Shown: piece after piece, positions 1 to 8,657 of the stretch
Layout of the letters: each line of letters starts with the position of its first letter
Numbering within the stretch: position 1 is the first letter of the stretch
From: a bacterium
Lineage (GTDB): Bacteria; Patescibacteriota; Minisyncoccia; Phycocordibacterales; UBA6899
DNA length: 48,610 nucleotides
Assembly: GCA_043743715.1 (NCBI GenBank)
Contig: JAYTWK010000017.1
Span: 1 to 48,610, forward strand
Direction: 5' to 3'
Made by a program: the position numbers and the translations under genes
The notes under the pieces: model-generated
Database searches by the model: none
The model's input: only the letters and a program-made list of their open reading frames with translations
Told to the model about the DNA's origin: nothing

Positions 1-100
1 AATGAACCACCCCGCAGCAAGCTGACGGGGTATCAAGACGAGCTTCGCTCAAAATATTTTCGGAGCAAGCTCGCGGGGTATTTACCCTAATCGAGAATAA
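1..100. mobile_element. Short non-coding palindromic element (REP/MITE-like, IS200/IS605-end-like), possibly cut by the window edge
   Basis: Hairpin CCCCGCAGC-AA-GCTG(A)CGGGG at ~10-30 and a second partial copy AGCAAGCTCGCGGGGTAT at ~64-81. It abuts the broken 5' end of the following ORF. Confidence 0.5.
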
Positions 101-807
101 AATCGCTCCCACAATGCCTTCCTGACATAGTCCAAGCCCCAAGGAGCACCAGCACACTGCGTGGCTGTGTCGTGTACGGCTATATTTCTGCTAAAATACT
201 CAAGCTCCTGAACCCGTCACTCTGTCTGCTGGCGAGGCTAGTAGCCCTGTAATTACAGAGCCAATCACAGCCACAGAATCCCCAGCAACAGCTGTGAAAC
301 AGCGAGCGCCTCAGACGGAGGCGACAGTCGAAACAATCCCAACTCCTCCCGAATTTCATCAGAATGAAACGGGTAGGCCAACGGCTCAAATGGAGGGAAG
401 TGAGCCGTTCACTCCTGCGTCAGCAGGAGGCGAAGCCCCGCAACCAACACAAGACACAGGGGCGCGGAGGTGCCGCAGTCGCCAAGCACTTCGGGAGTGG
501 CTCCGGCGCAGCCGGCGCCTGTAACGCAATCTCTGCCCGCACAAGCGCCAGTCGTCGTCACACAGCAAAACCGTATCAAAGATTTCTTCGCGAAAGCGGC
601 ACAAGCGATACAGTTTAGAAAGCAAAAGAAGCTCACAAAGATCATGGCACTCTTCCTAAAAAAACCCACATCACCAACGATGAAGTCGAGAAGCTTCTGC
701 ATGTTTCCGACGCAACTGCTACCCGCTATCTTTCGCAACTTGAGAAGCGAGGCAAGATCAAGCAAACAGGAAAAACTGGTAAAGGTGTGACCTACACAAA
801 ACTCTAA
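100..807 (+). pseudogene. Frameshifted gene: Pro/Thr/Ala-rich linker plus C-terminal winged-HTH (DeoR/Fic-type C-terminal HTH)
   Basis: The C-terminal frame reads ITNDEVEKLLHVSDATATRYLSQLEKRGKIKQTGKTGKGVTYTKL* (stop 805-807). Joining it to the upstream parts needs one extra base at each of three homopolymers (A4 193-196, G4 459-462, A7 658-664). No start codon follows the element at 1-100. Confidence 0.65.
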
Positions 808-971
808 TCTCTCACATCAGTCTTCCGACCACGCAACGTCAGCTCTCGCGATGAATACTCGACGGCGCATGCACGTGGATTTTCCGGCCTCAGGCATTTC
901 CGCTAGGAGCGTCCATGATAACCGGATGAGCGACCTAAAATTTCATCGAGTCTTCGAGTACTAAAATTTGG

Positions 972-1308
972 AAGTGCCTGTGGCCGCCGCCCAGAACGGA
1001 GGCACTCATATCCGTAGCAGAAGCCTGCCTGCCGTGCTCCGGCGCAGGCGGGCGACACGAGTAACTCCATAATGAAAACTCGGGTGGGGGGTTGTGCGAG
1101 TGGCTGCTTCCGAAGGTCCGAACAACGAAGGCAAATACTCAAACTACAGCAAAACACTGTGGTGCACTGAATACGCAAACCACAGCTACGAGGAAGAGCC
1201 TCTACGCTGGGGGGAGGGTCCGCCCATCCCCCCAACTAGAGGCGGAGCGGGTCACGCCGGATTTAGTCTCCAAAGTCGAACGGCTCAATTGGTGGGAAAT
1301 GAGCCGTT
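972..1308 (+). ncRNA. Candidate structured non-coding region containing an A-rich DGR-template-like tract
   Basis: Several hairpins (AGTGCCT/AGGCACT; GCCTGCCTGC...GCAGGCGGGC). Stem 1102-1111/1192-1200 encloses an AAC/TAC-rich tract, and there is a further hairpin at 1279-1308. No convincing protein. Confidence 0.35.
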
Positions 1309-1429
1309 TGAAATACAGGAACGGTTCACGTAGGCGAGGCAATTGCCCGCACCGAGGCCGGATTCCCTTGATCACGGGAGTCTCATCGGAGAGATACATG
1401 TAAATCGGCGCACATACTCGTGTTGGAAT

Positions 1430-1790
1430 GGAGAACATGCCGAAGATTTTATAGACACAAATCTCAAGTTTCGACGAGGGGTCATCGAATTTGTGCTCGA
1501 AATTCTTGATTCAGTCCCTTTTGATTTGATTAAAGACCTATACAGGGCTGAGACACAATTTGCAAAAGAAGCGTGAGGAGTAGATACCTCAGTAGTATTT
1601 CTTGCTGAAACAATTCTAAAAAGAGGCACGATTCAAGATTTGGATGATTTTGTTTTGGGGTATATGCAGAGCGTTGGTACTTATATGCACATACAGAGGA
1701 TTAAGGTCTGAAAAGTAGCCTTGAATGTTTTTGTAAAAGAATGTAGCCGGCTTCTTTTTGACCCTAAATTAAGAATCTCAGAAAAAAGTT
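1430..1790 (+). pseudogene. Degraded hypothetical gene remnant
   Basis: A protein-like frame AEDFIDTNLKFRRGVIEFVLE...FAKEA*GVDTSVVFLAETILKRG...LDDFVLGYMQ continues through in-frame TGA stops. Confidence 0.4.
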
Positions 1791-1949
1791 TACGAAGGAC
1801 TTTTAAACTTATTTTTGCCAAAACCAACTGAGACTAGTTGGTTCCAAAAATTTAGGAATCGATTCACTCGACGGGATTGAATTCCTCTTTCCTTTCCTTT
1901 CCGCTTTCTTTGCATTCTTCCCCGCACACATTATACTGATGTGTACATT

Positions 1950-2354
1950 ATGGCAACTAAGAAAATACTCTCGATAGAAGACGACGCCTTCCTCTCAAGC
2001 TTGGTCTCAGGGAAACTCATAGAAAGTGGATTTTCGGTCATCACCGCAGGAACCGGACACGACGGTCTCGCAAAGGCAAAACTAGAAAAGCCGGAGCTCA
2101 TCCTTCTTGATATCATGCTTCCGGACATGGGCGGCTTCGAGATACTTGAGAAACTCAAGTCAGACCCTGAGACGAATGCAATCCCGGTAATCATTCTTTC
2201 GAACCTAGGCGGACGTGATGAAATAGAGCGCGGCGTGTCCCTCGGAGCAAGCTCCTACCTCATCAAATCCAATATTCTTCCTCATGAAGTGGCTGAGATG
2301 GTTCAGAATCAGATTGATGCGACTGCTTCACAATCAAGCATGACACAACAATAG
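1950..2354 (+). CDS. Single-domain response regulator (receiver)
   Basis: ILSIEDD, LLDIMLPDMGG (phospho-Asp), IILSN and YLIK motifs. Confidence 0.93.
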   Translation: MATKKILSIEDDAFLSSLVSGKLIESGFSVITAGTGHDGLAKAKLEKPELILLDIMLPDMGGFEILEKLKSDPETNAIPVIILSNLGGRDEIERGVSLGASSYLIKSNILPHEVAEMVQNQIDATASQSSMTQQ

Positions 2355-2367
2355 CTCTTTTTGTATT

Positions 2368-2400
2368 ACAAAACATCAGCCCGATTGGCTGATGTTTTGT
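2368..2400. terminator. Bidirectional intrinsic terminator
   Basis: ACAAAACATCAGCC-CGATT-GGCTGATGTTTTGT between convergent genes. Confidence 0.85.
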
Positions 2401-2441
2401 TAGTATTTAGTTTTAGTATCTTGTGTTAGGATTTTTTGTTC

Positions 2442-2732
2442 TTATTTTGCTTTTGGCTCCGCTTTCTTGGCCTCCTGCTTTCTCATGAATGCGACGATGC
2501 GCGACTTCTTTCGCGCTGCGGTATTCTTCTTGATGGCACCGCGCTTCGCTGCTTTATCGATCGCTTTGTATACATTTGCAAGTGCTTGCTCTGCACCCTT
2601 GGCGTCCTTGGCAAGCGCCATTTTTTTAAGCGACTTTACGCCGTCACGCATAGTGTTCATGCGGCGCGCATTGAACACAGCCTTGCGTGCAGAAACACGG
2701 ATTGCTCGTTTTGCTGATGAAGTAATTGCCAT
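2442..2732 (-). CDS. rpsT: 30S ribosomal protein S20
   Basis: SAKRAIRVS...IDKAAKRGAIKKNTAARKKSR signature. Confidence 0.97.
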   Translation of the reverse strand: MAITSSAKRAIRVSARKAVFNARRMNTMRDGVKSLKKMALAKDAKGAEQALANVYKAIDKAAKRGAIKKNTAARKKSRIVAFMRKQEAKKAEPKAK

Positions 2733-2839
2733 AATTGCGAATCCTACACGATGAGTTAGAAAAAGGCAAGCAGACGAAGCCAGAGAGCGGAAAGATACGA
2801 TGCACTCGCAACCTGGTATTCTCGTAGTATAATATTCAC

Positions 2840-3409
2840 ATGATCGGATACATTGAAGGAGAGGTCATCTTTAAGGGTAATCGTAACCTCATTTTGAAGG
2901 CGGGCGGCATCGGCTATGCGCTGTCAGCTACTCCGCAGCTTGTGACAGAACTTGCAGTCGGGGAGGAAGCACACCTGTGGACACATCTTGCAGTCAAAGA
3001 TGATGCGCTCGATCTCTATGGTTTCTCATCACGTGACGAACTCGAACTCTTTCGTCTCCTCATCAGTATCTCGGGTATCGGCCCCAAGAGTGCACTCGGG
3101 GTACTCTCACTTGCAGACGTGAAGACACTCGCACATGCCATCGGAAGTCGTGACAGCGCGTACCTGACCAAGGTATCAGGTATCGGAAAGAAACTCGCTG
3201 AAAAGATTGTACTCGAACTCAGAGATAAGGTCGGTGAACTCGCAAAGGGGGGCGATATATCGAATGCCGAAACTGAAGCAATCGATGCGCTTGAGTCACT
3301 CGGCTATGCTCCGAGGGATACCCGCGAAATCATACGTATCCTGGCAAAAGAACACGTCACCGCGCAAGACATTATTCGTAAAGCTCTCCAAACTCTTGGT
3401 GGGCGTTAA
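2840..3409 (+). CDS. ruvA: Holliday junction branch migration protein RuvA
   Basis: MIGYIEG, LYGF, ISGIGPKSAL, VSGIGKKLAEKIVLEL and ALESLGY motifs. Confidence 0.97.
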   Translation: MIGYIEGEVIFKGNRNLILKAGGIGYALSATPQLVTELAVGEEAHLWTHLAVKDDALDLYGFSSRDELELFRLLISISGIGPKSALGVLSLADVKTLAHAIGSRDSAYLTKVSGIGKKLAEKIVLELRDKVGELAKGGDISNAETEAIDALESLGYAPRDTREIIRILAKEHVTAQDIIRKALQTLGGR

Positions 3410-3429
3410 TATTATTTTTTTATTATTTT

Positions 3430-5316
3430 ATGAATCCCCTTTCCTTCATCTTTCCGACCGCTGAAGCGGCAACCCCGTGCTATAAACTTCTGGCCCCGAT
3501 TGGTACATTTACTTCGACCGGCTGCTATACACTCACGCAATACTTGAACGGAATATACATGACTATCATCGGCATCACCGGCATCCTCGCAGTGGTGATG
3601 ATTGTCATCTGCGGTATTAGGCTCATGACCTCGGCCTCGGCGAGTGGAAAGAGTGAAGCGAAAAGCTGTATTACCAATGCAATCTTTGGAGTGCTCATTG
3701 CTCTCGGCGGATGGCTACTCCTCAATACGGTGAACCCACAGCTCCTCAAGAATGATGCGCGGATTACGGTCATGGCGTCATCGACTCCCCCATCGACAAC
3801 ATTTGGACCTGCAACATCGGGTACTTTCAGCTGGGAAGCCGGGCCCACATGTCCCAAAGTAGACGGGCATATTGTCTCCATTGTTGACCCCGCACAATGC
3901 GGACCAGGAGGCCCCGGCATCTGTTGTCGTTATCTTCCGGTGGCTATCACTGCTCCGGTAGCCTCGCTGCCTCTGACGGCTCCTCCGGCATTCTTCCCGC
4001 CACTTCGTCCGCCTGCAACGACTGGCGACGCAGTATTCAGTACCTCTCGAGCGTCTGCGCGCGTGCGTGAAGGAGCAGGGTCTATTACCATCACGATTCG
4101 CCATATTGCCGGACTCGCTGGCACGGTCGATTATTCAAGCGTCGGCATGACTGCAAACCCTGGAAGTGACTTTACTTCGGTCAGCGGAACCCTATTCTTC
4201 CCTGCCGGACCGTCTGAATTAAGCATCACCATCCCTATCACCAACGACAGCATCGTCGAACCTCGAGAAAACTTCAAGATCGTTCTTTCAAATCCGACTG
4301 GCGGAGTCACACTGAGTGCCAGCAGTCCGCTCGTCATCACCATCATTGATGACGACGTTGCGCCGATTGATGTCACTCCCCCGGTCGTCACATTCACCTT
4401 ACCTATCTCGGGTACCATCGTAAGTAGTGCAACAATTCTGACGAGTTTTACTGTGACCGAAGATACAAATCTGACCGGGGTAGATGTGGGGGTATTCCGT
4501 GCATCGACCGGCGCACAAGTATTCGCCACGAAGGTGTGTTCGACCAACGCGGGAGTCTGCCCTATACTCGGCGGTATATTCACACCCACAGTTTCGAGTG
4601 GAGGATATGATAATGAATACTTCGACATCGTTGCGACCGCTTGTGACCTTGCAAAAAATTGCGGCAAAGCAACCACCACCATTGGGTTCACGGAATCATG
4701 TACCACATCGTCCAGCACTAACTGCTTAATTCTTCCACTAGGCACAGGTGGAACTAGTAGTCAGAGTATCATTACCACATTTGTGAAGTCCGACCCCCCG
4801 CTGGTAATTGGTACAAGATTTGCAGTAAATGCGCACCTCATCAAACTCACCACGCCGACCGGGGGAGGAACATTGTCGATTTCTACAGCGGCACTTCCTT
4901 GGGCTCCGCCGCCAACCTCGGTCCCCCCAGTCTTCTGCAGTACTTCCGCTCCTTCGTGCGGGTATGGCTGCGATTTTTTAAGCTTTCCAGCTGCATGTAA
5001 CCCCCCGCCCCCCGACCCATGTACCCTAAAGGGACTGGTGTGCGCGGCTGGATGTGACGTGGTCATTGCCGCATGCTATGTCCCAGTGCCGGTGGTGGTT
5101 GCAGGAATAGCTGCATTCCCGGGCGACATAAGTGTCACGGCACCGTGCGGCAATGGCGGATCATTCCCCGGCTCGACCAATATGGTCATTACGTTTGGTA
5201 CCACAGGAGACGCAACGACATGCGGATTAAAACCCGGATTTAATTACTACCTGAACGTATTCCCGACCGACGGAAAGCTCCACAACTTTACGATTCAGTA
5301 CAACTGGACTCCGTAA
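3430..5316 (+). CDS. VirB2/TrbC-like pilin N-terminus fused to Calx-beta, Ig-like and Cys/Pro-rich extracellular domains
   Basis: Two hydrophobic helices ending LLNTVNPQLL. Calx-beta motif (VREGAGSITITI...DFTSVSGTLFFPAG...ITNDSIVEPRENF...IIDDD) and DVTPPVV Ig start. Confidence 0.8.
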   Translation: MNPLSFIFPTAEAATPCYKLLAPIGTFTSTGCYTLTQYLNGIYMTIIGITGILAVVMIVICGIRLMTSASASGKSEAKSCITNAIFGVLIALGGWLLLNTVNPQLLKNDARITVMASSTPPSTTFGPATSGTFSWEAGPTCPKVDGHIVSIVDPAQCGPGGPGICCRYLPVAITAPVASLPLTAPPAFFPPLRPPATTGDAVFSTSRASARVREGAGSITITIRHIAGLAGTVDYSSVGMTANPGSDFTSVSGTLFFPAGPSELSITIPITNDSIVEPRENFKIVLSNPTGGVTLSASSPLVITIIDDDVAPIDVTPPVVTFTLPISGTIVSSATILTSFTVTEDTNLTGVDVGVFRASTGAQVFATKVCSTNAGVCPILGGIFTPTVSSGGYDNEYFDIVATACDLAKNCGKATTTIGFTESCTTSSSTNCLILPLGTGGTSSQSIITTFVKSDPPLVIGTRFAVNAHLIKLTTPTGGGTLSISTAALPWAPPPTSVPPVFCSTSAPSCGYGCDFLSFPAACNPPPPDPCTLKGLVCAAGCDVVIAACYVPVPVVVAGIAAFPGDISVTAPCGNGGSFPGSTNMVITFGTTGDATTCGLKPGFNYYLNVFPTDGKLHNFTIQYNWTP

Positions 5317-5357
5317 ACGCAGATAGAAAAAACGTCAGGAGGTGCTAAGATGAAAAA

Positions 5358-6614
5358 ATGAAAGCTCTGATTAGACGACTGCTTCCTGCGCCGCTTTTGC
5401 GTGCATCGCTCCCCGCATATCACTTCTTTCTTGCGCTCACTGGAGCCGTTATCTACTGTTTCCCTTCGTGGCGCCTCACCGTCATAGGAGTGACCGGAAC
5501 AAAAGGTAAGACCAGTACTACTGAGATACTGAATAATATTCTTGAAGCAAGTGGTGCGAAAACCGCGGTACTCGGAACACTGCGTTTTAAGATAGGAGAT
5601 AAGAGTAAGCGCAATCTGAAAAAGATGACCATGCCGGGAAGATTCTTCGTGCAAAAATTTCTGCATGATGCAGTGCGTGCAAGGTGCTCGCATGCGGTCA
5701 TCGAAATGACTTCAGAGGGTGCGAAGCAGTTTAGGCAGCGCTTCATCGATATGGACGCGCTCATTTTCACCAACCTCTCGCCTGAGCATATTGAATCCCA
5801 CGGCTCATATGAGGCATACCGCGACGCAAAACTTTCTATCGCCGCAACTCTCGCGCGCTCACTGAAACCTAAGCGATTGATGATTGCCAACAACGATGAC
5901 AAAGAAGGTGTACTTTTCCTTGCAACCCCGCACGTCACCCCAGTACCCTATTCGCAGGCCGATGTTGAAGTAGTCCGTGCCGATGACACTGGGATCGAAC
6001 TCCTGTGGAAGGGGAAAAAGGTATCGTCGCCACTACCGGGAATATTCAATGCATATAACATCATCGCCGCAGCTACCTGTGCAAAGGAGCTCGGCATCCC
6101 GCTTGACGCTATTGTGCTCGGTATAGAGAAAACCCGTCAGATAGAAGGGAGAATGGAGCGCGTCGACAACGAAGGTTCATTCCCGGTCATCGTTGATTAT
6201 GCACACACCCCCGATTCACTCGAAGCGGTGTATATCGCCTATAAGAATCATCAAAATATTTGCGTACTTGGAAACACAGGTGGTGGGCGCGATAAATGGA
6301 AGCGCCCGGTCATGGGGTCCATTGCTGAAGCGCATTGTACGAAGGTCATACTGACTAATGAAGATCCGTACGACGAGGACCCACGTAGCATCCTTGATGA
6401 AATTGCCGCTGGAATGAAAACCATGAAACCCGAGATTATTCTCGACAGACGCGAAGCCATTGCTCGCGCGTTAACGTTGGCAAAAGAAACTAAGCATGCG
6501 GCAGTACTCATCACCGGAAAAGGCACAGACCCCTATATCATGGGGCCAAACGGCACAAAACTCGTCTGGGATGACCGACAAGTTGCCCGCGAAGAACTGG
6601 AGAAACTCAAATAA
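5358..6614 (+). CDS. murE: UDP-N-acetylmuramoyl-tripeptide synthetase (MurE family)
   Basis: GVTGTKGKTST P-loop, EMTSEG, FTNLSPEHIESH, DYAHTPDS and ITGKG motifs. Confidence 0.93.
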   Translation: MKALIRRLLPAPLLRASLPAYHFFLALTGAVIYCFPSWRLTVIGVTGTKGKTSTTEILNNILEASGAKTAVLGTLRFKIGDKSKRNLKKMTMPGRFFVQKFLHDAVRARCSHAVIEMTSEGAKQFRQRFIDMDALIFTNLSPEHIESHGSYEAYRDAKLSIAATLARSLKPKRLMIANNDDKEGVLFLATPHVTPVPYSQADVEVVRADDTGIELLWKGKKVSSPLPGIFNAYNIIAAATCAKELGIPLDAIVLGIEKTRQIEGRMERVDNEGSFPVIVDYAHTPDSLEAVYIAYKNHQNICVLGNTGGGRDKWKRPVMGSIAEAHCTKVILTNEDPYDEDPRSILDEIAAGMKTMKPEIILDRREAIARALTLAKETKHAAVLITGKGTDPYIMGPNGTKLVWDDRQVAREELEKLK

Positions 6615-6670
6615 TAAAATTATTCAAGAGGCGAATATTCTTTTCGCGCAGATGTTATCATGTACACACA

Positions 6671-7210
6671 ATGACTGAATTCATCTCACTTGTTGACGAG
6701 CAAGACAACATCATCGGCCAAGGAGAAAAACTTGCGACGCATAAGGAAAATCGACTCCACCGCGCCTTCTCGATTTTTGTGTTTAACAGTGAAGGGAGTC
6801 TTATTATGCACCGCCGAGCGCTCGAAAAATATCATTGCGGCGGACTTTGGACAAATACGTGTTGCGGACATCCGCGATTCGGAGAAGACTTGAACGACGC
6901 TGCGCATCGCCGGCTATTCGAAGAGATGGGATTCGACTGCCATCTTCAAGAACTGTTCATCTTGCGCTATCAAACAACGTTCGCGAACGGTCTCCATGAG
7001 AACGAAATCGACCATGTGTTCGTCGGCAAATACTCCGGCGAAATGAAACCCGATCCGAATGAAGTCTCCGAGATATCGATCCTGTCTCTCGGTGAAATTC
7101 AGAAGGATGTCGCAGATAATGAACGTCACTATACTTACTGGTTCGCCAAAATCCTCAAAGATCCACAACAGTTCGAGAAACTAGAGAAGTACGCCCTGTC
7201 GCATCATTGA
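6671..7210 (+). CDS. idi: Isopentenyl-diphosphate delta-isomerase type 1
   Basis: LHRAFSIFVFN, WTNTCCGHP, RRLFEEMG and ENEIDHVF motifs. Confidence 0.95.
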   Translation: MTEFISLVDEQDNIIGQGEKLATHKENRLHRAFSIFVFNSEGSLIMHRRALEKYHCGGLWTNTCCGHPRFGEDLNDAAHRRLFEEMGFDCHLQELFILRYQTTFANGLHENEIDHVFVGKYSGEMKPDPNEVSEISILSLGEIQKDVADNERHYTYWFAKILKDPQQFEKLEKYALSHH

Positions 7211-7282
7211 TTTCATCAACAAATTACTCGGAGGCACAAAGGCGCTCATCTTGACCTATTTCACTCAATTTTGTAATCTAAA

Positions 7283-7396
7283 CTAGTCTGACACGGAAGG
7301 AGGTGACCGGTTTAAAACAGAGAAGATCCGATGTCAAGGATTTCGCCCACTGTATCACATTGGCCTCAACCCGCCACTCAGGTGGGCTTTTTTTTC
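7283..7396 (+). ncRNA. Candidate small structured RNA
   Basis: Promoter-like TTGACC-N17-TAATCT (7251-7279), stem TGACACGGA/TCCGATGTCA, and a terminator hairpin followed by a T-run. Overlaps the 3' end of the methyltransferase gene on the opposite strand. Confidence 0.35.
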
Positions 7397-7894
7397 GCAA
7401 TCAAACATACGAAAGAGCCCAATGCCGAATGCGACACTCACATTCAGTGATTCCTTCTTGCCGTACATCGGTATCTCGACCAAGATATCACATTTCTCTC
7501 TTAGACTCTTAGACATCCCGAGTACTTCATTTCCGACAATGACCAAGACTGGCGCATGAGTCGCATTCCCTTGGTACTGCTTATAATCTATTGCGCGAAC
7601 ATCTTGTTCTATTCCAATGATTTGTGTTCCAGACTTTTTCATTAGTTTGATGAAGCGGTCAGGCTTCTTTGCGTACTCCCAAGCAATGCTTTGTTCGGCA
7701 CCAAGTGCAGTTTTAGCTATCTCCTTGAGGGGCCTACCAAATTTATCCAGCGGGGTTGGAGTATAGCCGGAAATAAATATCCGAGAAACAGCAAGCGCAT
7801 CCGCGGTGCGAAATATCGATCCGACATTGTGCGCGCTGCGAATATTGTGAAGGAGGATATGCACTTGATTCGGGAGAGTTTGTTTTTTGGCCAT
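7355..7894 (-). CDS. SpoU/TrmH family RNA methyltransferase
   Basis: LHNIRSAHNVGSIFRTADA, VGNEVLG and IPMYGKKESLNVSVA (SPOUT motifs). Confidence 0.93.
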   Translation of the reverse strand: MAKKQTLPNQVHILLHNIRSAHNVGSIFRTADALAVSRIFISGYTPTPLDKFGRPLKEIAKTALGAEQSIAWEYAKKPDRFIKLMKKSGTQIIGIEQDVRAIDYKQYQGNATHAPVLVIVGNEVLGMSKSLREKCDILVEIPMYGKKESLNVSVAFGIGLFRMFDCEKKAHLSGGLRPM

Positions 7895-8156
7895 GGCGTG
7901 ATGGTACTACAGAGCTCACCCTTGTGCTATTTGCCGCATCTACTGATTTTGTCTCCACACCTCAAAACCCTTTAAAAATTAACCGCTTTGTGTTACTATC
8001 CCTTTGTTTCAAAGACTTTTTGAAACAAAGGGGAAATTTTAATTTTTTCGCTCCTTTATATAGTTGTTCTATTATATAAAAAATTTCCCTATAGCTGTTT
8101 TGGTAGGTATCAGGGTAAAGTACAGAAACAGTAAAGAACTCAAACAACATCGTAAT

Positions 8157-8214
8157 GCCCCTATAGCTCAGCTGGTAGAGCAGTAGCCTTTTAAGCTAAC
8201 GGTCGCAGGTTCGA
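8157..8214 (+). pseudogene. Truncated tRNA-Lys(TTT) 5' copy, interrupted in the T-loop
   Basis: 58 nt identical to 8401-8458, diverging after GGTTCGA into long hairpins. No acceptor 3' strand. Confidence 0.85.
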
Positions 8215-8400
8215 ATTTTGACTCAGCAAGTGAACTACTTCACTTGCAACAAAATTCGAAGCCGTTCTCCCTTATTTACGAATGATTCTTATCGTGAGTA
8301 AATGGGAAACGGGTACTGCCGCCGTAAGCGGAGAGACCCTGTTGAACTAATCCAAATGAACCTTCCAAAATAGTTTGTACTTTAAAATTCAGCCCATCGT

Positions 8401-8473
8401 GCCCCTATAGCTCAGCTGGTAGAGCAGTAGCCTTTTAAGCTAACGGTCGCAGGTTCGAGCCCTGCTGGGGGCA
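8401..8473 (+). tRNA. tRNA-Lys(TTT), CCA not encoded
   Basis: Acceptor GCCCCTA/TGGGGGC, D-stem GCTC/GAGC, anticodon loop CTTTTAA, T-arm GCAGG-TTCGAGC-CCTGC. Confidence 0.95.
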
Positions 8474-8547
8474 CAATGTGCTGAATTTTTTGATTTGAAA
8501 AGTACCATCAGCGGTAGCCGAGAATCCCTGCTGCTTTTAATTGGATA

Positions 8548-8657
8548 ATTTTTATTCCTTAAATCCCCCACAAATTAAGCCCTACCGTCGCATCCACCTT
8601 CCGCTCCAAAGGCTCCGCATACGTCGTCAGCACCACCTCACATGTCGCACCAACAAC
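8548..8657 (-). repeat. Orphan 3'-end copy 1 of the DUF296 gene
   Basis: Encodes VVGATCEVVLTTYAEPLERKVDATVGLNLWGI*, matching the end of 15766-16179. Confidence 0.92.

Noticed and set aside
112-1200. Cognate DGR VR/TR pair (121-190 versus 1118-1197)
   Set aside because: Alignment needs indels and many non-A mismatches, and no reverse transcriptase is in the window. Kept only as a template-like candidate.
960-1430. RNase P RNA, tmRNA or SRP RNA
   Set aside because: No GAGGAAAGUCC-type P4 motif, no tRNA-like ends and no SRP domain IV motif found.
7962-8150. 62-aa AT-rich ORF upstream of the tRNA
   Set aside because: Low-complexity promoter-region sequence with no recognisable protein features.
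8157-8350. Functional intron-containing tRNA-Lys
   Set aside because: Removing the insert could restore the T-stem but not the acceptor 3' strand (TGAACTA instead of TGGGGGC).
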